Assembly: GCF_049075655.1 (NCBI RefSeq)
Contig: NZ_CP157522.1
Location: 736,001 to 800,000, forward strand
Reading direction: 5' to 3'
Source: Methanothermococcus sp. Ax23
GTDB taxonomy: Archaea > AGJL01 > Methanococci > Methanococcales > Methanococcaceae
Length of the DNA: 64,000 nt
Under the pieces are notes generated by a model. That model was given only the letters and a program-made list of their open reading frames with translations, searched no databases and had not been told where the DNA came from. Positions 55,385 to 64,000 of this stretch are shown in pieces. The position numbers and the translations under genes were made by a program. Position 1 is the stretch's first letter; every line of letters begins with the position of its first letter.

Positions 55385-55834
55385 TTAGTCCAATTTCTTT
55401 AAATATCGCTTAATAATATTTTCAAGATTAATATCGTATTTTAAATAAAAATCCCTACAAAAACAATATCTAATAATATTTGGACAATTATATATCAGAT
55501 GAATATAGCCATTTTCTATTTTATATACTTTAAACTCATCCCATCGGTAGAATAAAATGCCCGTGGATAATCCTCCTTCGTAAATAGATATTTTTCTTTT
55601 CCAGAAGAAATCAAAAATAATCATTTCTTCCCATAAAAAATATTCCCTTAGCATGTTAATCAGAGCTCCGCTACCTCCCCCACAATTCAACTCAATAGAA
55701 CTTAATATTTGAGTGCATAGCAAATTCCCACGCTTTGAAGTTTTTGCAAGGTCTTTCAATGCAAAATAAACCATTCCAACGATGTATGTTATGAATATAA
55801 ATAATGGACTATATAGTAAGTAGTTGAAATTCAT
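55385..55834 (-). CDS. Membrane protein with C-terminal bPH-like domain (array member 5)
   Basis: IYEGG...WDEFKVY...LENIIKRYL. Confidence 0.6.
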   Translation of the reverse strand: MNFNYLLYSPLFIFITYIVGMVYFALKDLAKTSKRGNLLCTQILSSIELNCGGGSGALINMLREYFLWEEMIIFDFFWKRKISIYEGGLSTGILFYRWDEFKVYKIENGYIHLIYNCPNIIRYCFCRDFYLKYDINLENIIKRYLKKLD

Positions 55835-55851
55835 TTTATCCCCTCATCATA

Positions 55852-56544
55852 TTATAGCTCTCTTATATATCTTCTAACAATATTTTCAAGGTTTTTGAAG
55901 CTCTTTGAATATAAACCTTCGGTTTTTTCATTATCGCATTTTAGATAGTATTTAGCCCCAAATATCTTTGAAAAAATTTTAGAATTTCCATATAGGGCTA
56001 TTGAATTATTTTTCAATTTATATCCTCTAAACTCATCCCATTTTAATAATACATCTTTGTTTAGTGTTTCGCTATAATATTGAATGCCCTCTTTTAAGAT
56101 ATTTATTGTTATTTCATAACTTCCTATGTTTTTCATACCATTATATGCAAATGTAAATGCTTTTATGAAATCTACTACCAAATACGCCATAATTAGAACT
56201 GTTATAAAAATTAAAGCACTTTCAAAAGAAATATTCATATTGATGAACAGGTATCCAGCAAATGCTATTGAAATAATACATACTAAAATTGCGACATAAA
56301 AAATTGTTTTTAAATAAATAAGTGAAAACTTTTTAATTTTCCTAATAAAACCAGAAAATTCATCAAATTTCATATTAATGGAATACAATACCTTTGGATT
56401 TTTTAGATTATAATTTTTACTATCTCTATTTTTTATTTTTATTTTTTTATTTCTAATTTGACTTATTTTTATCCATAAAATTTCGATTGCAACAATTGCA
56501 AATACAAAAGCCATGATATAGCCATTATTGTCCATAATCCTCAC
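55852..56544 (-). CDS. Membrane protein with C-terminal bPH-like domain (array member 4)
   Basis: KEGI...WDEFRGY...LENIVRRYI. Confidence 0.65.
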   Translation of the reverse strand: MRIMDNNGYIMAFVFAIVAIEILWIKISQIRNKKIKIKNRDSKNYNLKNPKVLYSINMKFDEFSGFIRKIKKFSLIYLKTIFYVAILVCIISIAFAGYLFINMNISFESALIFITVLIMAYLVVDFIKAFTFAYNGMKNIGSYEITINILKEGIQYYSETLNKDVLLKWDEFRGYKLKNNSIALYGNSKIFSKIFGAKYYLKCDNEKTEGLYSKSFKNLENIVRRYIREL

Positions 56545-57065
56545 TATTTTATTTCTTTCAAATGACTTTTAATAATATTTTCCACTTTGTTATTATATTT
56601 TAAAGAATGAACCATTTTAGAAAATCCATAACTTAAAACTAAATAAATATGCCCTCCTTTCTTATAATATCCTTTAAAATTATTCCATTTTAGGTGTCCA
56701 TATCCCTCAATAAATATTCCTTTATCAAATAGTTTTATTTCTGGATTGTATAGTTTTTTCCGCATAGGTGGTATGTAATACATTATTCCAAATATAATTG
56801 TTATGACAATAAACGGAGCTCCGAAATATACCAAGTCATTATTAAATACAAAAAATACAAAAATGAACCACATTGGGAAAAACAATTTATTATTTTTTAT
56901 ATTGTTTTTTATGGTGTCTATGAAGTCAATTTTGGCAGTTCCTTCTAAATTCCAGTTTTTAGATTTATGCCTTGTTAAAATTGAAAATATGGAATAAGCC
57001 ACCATCATAAATATTATTATCAAAATCATTATTGTTAAATAAAAATCAATGCCAATGTTTTTCAT
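56544..57065 (-). CDS. Membrane protein with C-terminal bPH-like domain (array member 3)
   Basis: DKGI...WNNFKGY...VENIIKSHLKEIK. Confidence 0.65.
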   Translation of the reverse strand: MKNIGIDFYLTIMILIIIFMMVAYSIFSILTRHKSKNWNLEGTAKIDFIDTIKNNIKNNKLFFPMWFIFVFFVFNNDLVYFGAPFIVITIIFGIMYYIPPMRKKLYNPEIKLFDKGIFIEGYGHLKWNNFKGYYKKGGHIYLVLSYGFSKMVHSLKYNNKVENIIKSHLKEIK

Positions 57066-57106
57066 TTTGCCCCTCCCACAAAAATGTTTTATTTTACTTT
57101 TATTTT

Positions 57107-57652
57107 TTATTTTATCTCTTTCAAATGATTTTTAACAATATTTTCAACCTTCCCATCATCATTCAATAGATAAACATCCCCCATTATCCAATGAAGGTAT
57201 TTGAATCTCAATGCTATATGCTCCCCCTTTTTCAAATATCCTTTGAAATTAGTCCAAGGATAAACTAATACATTTTTAACCATAATCCCTTTATCGGTTA
57301 TTTGCACTTCTTCGGTGAGCTCCTTCTTTTTAACACTGTGGTTAATTAAAATTAGAACAACCACTAATGCCAATACACACAACAGCGTGAGTGAATTTGA
57401 TATTAAAATAGATATGTAGTCATTACTTACAGAAGACATAATATTTCTAACCAATATCATTAAATTTACAGCAAGAATAAAATAAATAATTCTGTTTCTA
57501 TATTTTATATCCATTTTTTTGTTTATTTTAGCACTGCATAATATTTTTGCTGATTTAGAGAGTTTTCTGTTTTTTAAAAATAGAATTGGCAATACTATAA
57601 TACTCACAATAAGACCAATAACAAAAAGCAATAGCAACTCATTTAGTTCCAT
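57107..57652 (-). CDS. Membrane protein with C-terminal bPH-like domain (array member 2)
   Basis: DKGI...WTNFKGY...VENIVKNHLKEIK. Confidence 0.65.
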   Translation of the reverse strand: MELNELLLLFVIGLIVSIIVLPILFLKNRKLSKSAKILCSAKINKKMDIKYRNRIIYFILAVNLMILVRNIMSSVSNDYISILISNSLTLLCVLALVVVLILINHSVKKKELTEEVQITDKGIMVKNVLVYPWTNFKGYLKKGEHIALRFKYLHWIMGDVYLLNDDGKVENIVKNHLKEIK

Positions 57653-57680
57653 AATCCCCCTTTGCACTTTTTTATTTACT

Positions 57681-58223
57681 TTATTTTATTTCATTTAGGT
57701 GGTTTTTGAAAATATCTTCGAGCTCTTTATTGTAATTCAGACAGTAATTATTCTCCCCTAATAGATGTTTATTATACAGCACTATTTTATCTCTATTTAC
57801 TTTATAACCATCAAAAGATTTCCAATTTAGTGGTTTATCATCCCAAATAATCCCTTTGTCATATATTTCTATGTTGTAGTATTTTTTAATAAACACCATA
57901 TATGCAAATATCGTGGATAATAGTAAAAAAATAAGAACTGTGAAACTGATTACTGTAATATTATCCATATAAAGTATTTTAAGCATTATTAACCAATAAA
58001 TTATTCCTATAATTATTAAAATTGTATATTTATACTTATTTTTTTCAAAATTGTATTTGATATTTTCAAAAACACTAATTTTTGTAGAATATAATTTATT
58101 TCCTGATTTTATTTTATTTAATTTCCTTTTTAATATAGAAAGGAATATCAATAAAAACATTAATGAGAATGATGTCCAAACAATATTTGATAAACTAAAT
58201 AATGTAAATATCCAGTAATCCAT
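57681..58223 (-). CDS. Membrane protein with C-terminal bPH-like domain (array member 1)
   Basis: DKGI...WKSFDGY...LEDIFKNHLNEIK. Confidence 0.65.
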   Translation of the reverse strand: MDYWIFTLFSLSNIVWTSFSLMFLLIFLSILKRKLNKIKSGNKLYSTKISVFENIKYNFEKNKYKYTILIIIGIIYWLIMLKILYMDNITVISFTVLIFLLLSTIFAYMVFIKKYYNIEIYDKGIIWDDKPLNWKSFDGYKVNRDKIVLYNKHLLGENNYCLNYNKELEDIFKNHLNEIK

Positions 58224-58299
58224 TGCCCCTCCTCCTTATTTAGTTTATTTTTATTTCAAATAAAACTTATAACAGCCAATCTTTAACTTCTTTATTTAA

Positions 58300-59454
58300 C
58301 TGACAGTGTGAATTAACAATACCATCTTTAAAATCAAAAAATAGAAATAGGTAGTAGTTAAATATCTCATTAAAAAACGGTGAATTCAGCATGCTAAAGA
58401 CATTAAGTAATATGCTCACTAATTCTATAAATAGTTTAGGATTTAACTGTTCGGAAGAATTATCTAAGTTTGCATTGGTTAGAACGTTAACGCCGATAAA
58501 AACTATTAAAGCATTTTCAGAAAGTATTTCAAAAATCCACAGAACAACTATCGTTAAAAACTTGCAAAAACTCTTCGAAGAAGAGTTTTACTTATACGCT
58601 CAATTATTAAACCTTCCCGACATTTTGAATGACAATAGATTTAAATACGCTGCAATAATCGATTCAACATTATTAAGAAGATGGAGTGAAAATATTTATG
58701 GTTGTAGTATTAGATACAATTACATCGAAAATCATAGCAAACTATATCAAGAGCAAATAAACTGCTGTATCTATCACAAAAAAAAGGGCTTTATACTATT
58801 CACACTACGATAAAACCACTCGACAAAAAATCCACAAACATATTTATTGAAATCATTGAATTTTTATCTCAAACTAACATCAGGACGGTTATAGGGGACA
58901 GTTTTATCACAACAAAGAAAATTCTAAAGGGATGTAAGGGATTGGGAATCGAATACATTGGCAAACTTAGGAAAAACATTATAATCGAGTTTTTCAGTAA
59001 GAAGGTTAAAGTGGAAGAATTGTTCGAAAAGGATTTTCAAAAAAGAAAGTTCAAATTAAGGACGATTAATGGAATAGAGTTCAAATTATCCGATAGGATT
59101 GTGAATATTCCAAATGTTGGCAAGGTTAAAATCGTTGCTGTGCAAATGGAAAATCAGAAAAAACCTAAGTATTTAGTCTCTACAAACTATAAAAAGAAGG
59201 CAGAGAACATTATAATCGAGTATATGAAGAGACCAAAGATAGAAGAAAAACATAAAAGGGATAAATCGATTTTAGAAGTTGAAGGGAATTACATAACTTC
59301 TGAAAAGAGTAATATTGGATTCATTAGATTTATGGCGGTAGTATCAAACTGCATCGAATACTTAAGCTACAACTATGGATTATCGTTTTATGAAATCGTT
59401 AAAAAGTGTGGTAAAGAACTAATAAAGAAAGGAATATCATAATCACACTGTCAG
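58300..59454 (+). mobile_element. Complete insertion sequence, DDE transposase (IS4/IS701-like)
   Basis: 12-bp TIRs CTGACAGTGTGA; 8-bp TSD TTATTTAA at 58292-58299 and 59455-59462. Confidence 0.9.
58391..59442 (+). CDS. Transposase, split by a -1 frameshift at the A8 run 58778-58785
   Basis: IIDST, VIGDS, YMKRPKIEE (Y-x2-R-x3-E). Confidence 0.8.
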
Positions 59455-59630
59455 TTATTTAATTTATTATCCATGCCTCATAGTCTTTAAGTCTGCCCAA
59501 TAGAATTATTAGTTTATTTTAATGTATCATTAACAATTTTATTATTTAATTTTTTCCATTAAATATTTATATGTAAAAACTATAATGATTAATCATTACA
59601 ATATTATTTTCATTATCATTAGGTGGAATT

Positions 59631-59909
59631 ATGTATGATGTTTCGATAATCAAGGATATTGTGTTGATAGTGGTTTCAATAGGAATATTGTTGGCATCAA
59701 TTAGATTGTGGATTCAAAAGGACAGTAAAAACATGGTTTATGCTCGTCTTCATATTGCGGGAGTAATAGATATTGCCTGTATAGTTATACTGCTGGTTTT
59801 AAATCAACCATTATTGGCGTTAATATATTTGGTTCTCTGTCCTTTTGCCGCACATGCTATTGCTAATGCCGATTATTACGATGAATTGAAGGAAAGTGGA
59901 AATAGTTAA
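59631..59909 (+). CDS. ehbC: Energy-converting hydrogenase B subunit C (MnhG-like)
   Basis: YARLH, PFAAHAIA. Confidence 0.7.
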   Translation: MYDVSIIKDIVLIVVSIGILLASIRLWIQKDSKNMVYARLHIAGVIDIACIVILLVLNQPLLALIYLVLCPFAAHAIANADYYDELKESGNS

Positions 59910-59999
59910 AAAATAGATAAAAACGAAGAAGAAAAGTAAAAATAAAAAGTAAATAAAACGCAAAAGTAAAATAAAAGCAATAAATAAATTGGTGGTGCT

Positions 60000-60251
60000 A
60001 TGTATTTGAATTTTATCGATTTTGCCGTATTGGCGTTAATTGTTATGTCATATATCGGAACTCTGATTCAAAAGGATTTAATTAAATGTGTGGTATTAAC
60101 TGGATTGGGTGGATTGGGTTTGGCATATATATTCAGCTCACTTCTTGCTCCTGATGTTGCACTTACTGAGGCAATATTAGGCGGTGCAGTGCTTCCTGCA
60201 TTCTTTGCATTCACAGTTAAGAGAACTCAGAGACTGGATGAAATCGATTAA
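60000..60251 (+). CDS. ehbD: Energy-converting hydrogenase B subunit D
   Basis: LLAPDVALTEAILG. Confidence 0.7.
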   Translation: MYLNFIDFAVLALIVMSYIGTLIQKDLIKCVVLTGLGGLGLAYIFSSLLAPDVALTEAILGGAVLPAFFAFTVKRTQRLDEID

Positions 60252-60254
60252 AGG

Positions 60255-61376
60255 TTATATATTATTAAAATAGAAGTAAATTCTGAATATTAATATAAAC
60301 AAAACTATCAAACAAGATATGAGAGCCACGCATTTATGAATAATATAATCAGCACCTTTAAAAACTGCAAGATACACACCAAAATATGATGCCAATGCTA
60401 TAAACAAACTTATATCTACAAGTGTTTTTGATGAGCTCATGGAAAAAAATGCAATGATAAATGCATTTAATAAAACTCCCACTATTGATATATCTTTTTT
60501 TAAATTTTCCAATGATTCTACTGGTTTTAATTCTAATATTTTTGGAAATAAGGATTTTGGCATCCAACTAAGGGTAAATGTCCAGCTAAATATGCACCCT
60601 GAGACAATCATTAGCATTCCAAACCATACAAACATGTTATTTTTTATCAATAACTTCATAACCGTTTCTAAATCACCATATATTGCAGTTGAAGAGATGC
60701 TCCACGCATACAATAGATATAAAATTCCCACAATAAGAGTTCCAAGGATAAGCCCATAGCAGATGTCTTTTTCTGGATTTTTAAAGGATTCTGAGGGTAT
60801 GGCTATGCCTTCCCATCCAGTCATAGTCCATAATCCAAAATAACTAGCCATTAAAACCTTTGAAATATCAAATTTTGTTTTGGAAAATATGGATAAGTCC
60901 AAGCCATTGGAATATACCATAAAAATAAGAATCAATATAGTAATAATAGCGAAAAGCCTTAGAAGATTTCCAATGACTCTAATGCCTGATAATACAAGTG
61001 TAGTTATGATTATAACCAATATCATGCCAATATATTTAAAATCAAAATAAATGTTAAAAATTACATTGAAAAATGAAACTACCGCAGATATGGACAATAC
61101 CCCGGCAAACCATAGCAAATATCCAAAGATTTTTCCGATTTCATTGCCAAATACTTTTTGAATGTATTTATAAGGGCCTCCGCTCTTTGTTATTTGGGTT
61201 GAGGCATAGGCAAAGGGCATCGCCATTATCAGACTTATAATTATGTCGATAATCCATCCGTATATTGCACATTTTCCAGCTATTGTATATGTTAATGGTG
61301 AAAGAACGAAAATTCCCCCTCCCACAATGGATGTAATGGTTAAAAACACCGCATCCTTTAAAGTTAAATATCTCAT
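60255..61376 (-). CDS. APC-family permease
   Basis: SIVGGGIF, SGGPY, WTMTGWE. Confidence 0.8.
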   Translation of the reverse strand: MRYLTLKDAVFLTITSIVGGGIFVLSPLTYTIAGKCAIYGWIIDIIISLIMAMPFAYASTQITKSGGPYKYIQKVFGNEIGKIFGYLLWFAGVLSISAVVSFFNVIFNIYFDFKYIGMILVIIITTLVLSGIRVIGNLLRLFAIITILILIFMVYSNGLDLSIFSKTKFDISKVLMASYFGLWTMTGWEGIAIPSESFKNPEKDICYGLILGTLIVGILYLLYAWSISSTAIYGDLETVMKLLIKNNMFVWFGMLMIVSGCIFSWTFTLSWMPKSLFPKILELKPVESLENLKKDISIVGVLLNAFIIAFFSMSSSKTLVDISLFIALASYFGVYLAVFKGADYIIHKCVALISCLIVLFILIFRIYFYFNNI

Positions 61377-61522
61377 GCCATCAACTGATTTATTATATTA
61401 TTATATTTTCATTATAATTTTCAACATACTTTTTTAAATAATTTTATAAAGGATTATGTAATTATAAATATTTTAATATTATTGGATGAAAAACATAAAA
61501 ACTTAATTAAGCGAGGGATATA

Positions 61523-63415
61523 GTGAAAATATTATTAATCCATTCTGACTATTTGGAATTTGAGGCAAAACAGAAAACAAAAATTGCAGAAGACACCGAT
61601 GTATTAAAGGGAAAAATGGACGAATGTTTAACTGCATTCATAGCAGTTGAAAAAGAGGATGAGGAAAATCCTGAAAATGTGATAAATAACACTGTAAATG
61701 AGATTATAAAAACTGCGGAAAATTTAAAGGTAAATAATATTGTAGTTTATCCTTATGCACATTTATCAAGCGACTTATCATCTCCAAAAGTTGCAAAGGA
61801 TGTTTTAAAAGGAATAGAAGAAGATTTAAAAGAAAAAGATTACAATGTGTTAAGAGCTCCTTTTGGATGGTATAAGGCATTTAAAATAAGCTGTAAAGGG
61901 CATCCATTAAGTGAGTTATCAAGGAAAATAACCGCAGATATGAAAGAAGAAAAAGAAGAAGAAAAGGGAGAAAAAAAGGAAACCGAAAAATCCAAGTTCT
62001 ACCTATTAAATGGAGAGACAAGAGAATTAATAGAATTAAATGAGAAAAATGTAAAAAAATTGGAAGATGAAGGATTAAAAGCATTGGCAATGCATGAGAT
62101 GGGAATAAAGCATGAAAAGAAAAGCAAAGAAACAGAACCACCACATGTGAAGTTTATCACAGAAAAAGAAATCTGCGACTATGAACCATCATCAGATGCG
62201 GGACATTTTAGATGGTATCCAAAGGGAAAACTCATAAGAGACCTTTTACAAGATTATGTTTATAATATGGTGGTTGAAAACAACGGTATGCCTGTTGAAA
62301 CGCCTGTAATGTATGATTTAGGAAACAAGGCAATAAGGGAACATGCAGATAAATTTGGAGAAAGGCAGTATAGATTCAAACAAGGAAGCAAGGATTTAAT
62401 GCTCAGGTTTGCGGCATGCTTTGGGCAGTTTATGATGAAAAAGGACATGTATATCCTTCCAAAACATTTGCCTTTAAAGTTGTATGAGCTCTCAACATAC
62501 AGTTTCAGATATGAACAAAGAGGTGAGCTCGTAGGATTGAAGAGATTAAGGGCTTTTACAATGCCTGATATGCATACTGTATGTTTGGATATAAAGCAGG
62601 CCATGGAAGAATTTGAAAACCAATTCTGGATGTGCTTAAAAACAGGAGATGACCTTAATACGCCTTATTCAGTAATATTTAGATACACACAGGACTTTTT
62701 CGACGAGAATAAGGAATGGTTCTTTAAAATAGCAAAGGACTATAAAGAAAAATATGGGAAGGATGTAATTCTTGAATTGCTTCCAAAGAGAAAACACTAT
62801 TGGGTTGGAAAGGTAGATATGGCAGTAATAGATAGCTTTGGAAGACCTATCGAGAATCCAACAGTTCAAATAGATGTGGAAAGTGCAAAAAGGTTCAATA
62901 TCGTTGTTCATGAAGGAAATGAAAAAGTTTATCCAATTATACTCCACTGCTCACCTACAGGAAGTATAGAAAGGGTATTATGCGGGCTGTTGGAAAAGGC
63001 ATCTATGGATGCTGACGCAGGAGCTCCTCCGATGTTGCCAGTTTGGTTATCCCCAATACAGGTGAGAGTAATACCAGTTTCAGATGCTCACAAGGATTAT
63101 GCATTAAATGTTGCTAAAAAACTCAGAGAAAACAATATAAGGGCAGATTACGACGATAGGGAAGAAAGCGTAGGTAAAAAAATAAGAAACGCTGGAAAAG
63201 ACTGGGTGCCTTATGTGGTGGTAATTGGTGATGAGGAAGTTGAAAATGACACATTAACCATTACAGTAAGAGAAAAATCAACATTAAAAAAGCCAGTTAA
63301 AGAAAAGATGACTGTTGAAGAGTTAATCGGAAAAATAAAAGAAGAATCAAAAGGATTCCCATACAGACCTTTAAGTTTGCCTCTATACTGCTCATTACAG
63401 CCAATATTTAGATAA
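61523..63415 (+). CDS. thrS: Threonyl-tRNA synthetase (archaeal editing domain)
   Basis: YPYAHL, APFGWYKAF, RFAAC, FRYEQRGE, HCSP. Confidence 0.96.
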   Translation: MKILLIHSDYLEFEAKQKTKIAEDTDVLKGKMDECLTAFIAVEKEDEENPENVINNTVNEIIKTAENLKVNNIVVYPYAHLSSDLSSPKVAKDVLKGIEEDLKEKDYNVLRAPFGWYKAFKISCKGHPLSELSRKITADMKEEKEEEKGEKKETEKSKFYLLNGETRELIELNEKNVKKLEDEGLKALAMHEMGIKHEKKSKETEPPHVKFITEKEICDYEPSSDAGHFRWYPKGKLIRDLLQDYVYNMVVENNGMPVETPVMYDLGNKAIREHADKFGERQYRFKQGSKDLMLRFAACFGQFMMKKDMYILPKHLPLKLYELSTYSFRYEQRGELVGLKRLRAFTMPDMHTVCLDIKQAMEEFENQFWMCLKTGDDLNTPYSVIFRYTQDFFDENKEWFFKIAKDYKEKYGKDVILELLPKRKHYWVGKVDMAVIDSFGRPIENPTVQIDVESAKRFNIVVHEGNEKVYPIILHCSPTGSIERVLCGLLEKASMDADAGAPPMLPVWLSPIQVRVIPVSDAHKDYALNVAKKLRENNIRADYDDREESVGKKIRNAGKDWVPYVVVIGDEEVENDTLTITVREKSTLKKPVKEKMTVEELIGKIKEESKGFPYRPLSLPLYCSLQPIFR

Positions 63416-63417
63416 TA

Positions 63418-64000
63418 TTAAATTCCATATTTTTCTTTTCTTTTCTCGAATGCTTCTTTTCCACCTTCAAGAATCTTTTGAACAGATGATTTAATTTCAC
63501 TACCATCTATTGCACCTCGTTTAGTAACAAACCCATTTCTTCCATTCGAGGTCATGACCAGCATGAGCTCAGAATCACCCAATACTGGAATATTGGCATT
63601 ATGTGTTACAATAATGAGCTGTCTCTTATTTTTTATTTTACGAATCATCTTTACTACTGCGTCGTATATAAATGAATTATCTAATGAATCTTCTGGCTGG
63701 TCTATTATCAAAGGTATATTTCGTTCATTCATTGCAATAGACAATATTGCTGTGCATTTTTGTCCATCAGACACTGATTCTACTTCCTTCCAGCCTCTCC
63801 CATCCTTCAGCATTATAGTTATTTTATCATCTCTCTGAGCTGTCTGTATTTCATATAGTTTATTTTTAGCCAATATTATGGCTTTTTTTGCCGCATCTTC
63901 AGAGATACATGCCCTATTTGCGAGAGATTCATGATCTTCCTGTTCCAAAATCTTAGAAAAATCCCTAGGATGAACTTTATCTGCAATTTTGGCTCTATCT
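63418..64000 (-). CDS. ABC/SMC-like ATPase C-terminus (5' part outside the window)
   Basis: SDGQK signature, LIIDQPEDSLD Walker B, VTHNAN. Confidence 0.75.
   Translation of the reverse strand, partial: DRAKIADKVHPRDFSKILEQEDHESLANRACISEDAAKKAIILAKNKLYEIQTAQRDDKITIMLKDGRGWKEVESVSDGQKCTAILSIAMNERNIPLIIDQPEDSLDNSFIYDAVVKMIRKIKNKRQLIIVTHNANIPVLGDSELMLVMTSNGRNGFVTKRGAIDGSEIKSSVQKILEGGKEAFEKRKEKYGI

Noticed and set aside
55385-58223. Integron-like cassette array
   Set aside because: Spacers are very short, with no attC-like repeats and no integrase.

Overview
AT-rich chromosome segment from a Methanococcales methanogen (Methanothermococcus/Methanococcus-like). Most of it is core genes: cfbE, leuB, purC/purS, six tRNAs, cfbC, cbf5, comE, the selenoprotein operon hdrA-vhuDGAUB-fwuB (five in-frame UGA codons, four SECIS hairpins), carS, hom, hemL, hisA, kae1-bud32, guaB, ilvE, ehbCD and thrS. 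The main finding is at about 12.0-20.1 kb. Inside a Fe/cobalamin-type ABC uptake locus lies what looks like an archaeal polymorphic toxin array. A dockerin plus substrate-binding-protein (SBP) scaffold is fused to a predicted nuclease tip and followed by a candidate immunity gene. Three orphan toxin-tip/immunity cassettes follow, two of which begin with DNA copied from the scaffold linker. A ~340-bp direct repeat brackets the array, and a pseudogenised SBP lies downstream. Other signals are strong over-representation of the palindrome GAGCTC (nearly absent from the toxin array), two unannotated structured ncRNA candidates, a second hairpin after three of the four SECIS elements, a five-gene array of paralogous membrane proteins, a complete IS with TIRs and TSD, palindromic repeats and several frameshifts. 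All protein assignments come from motif recognition by eye; no database searches were run.
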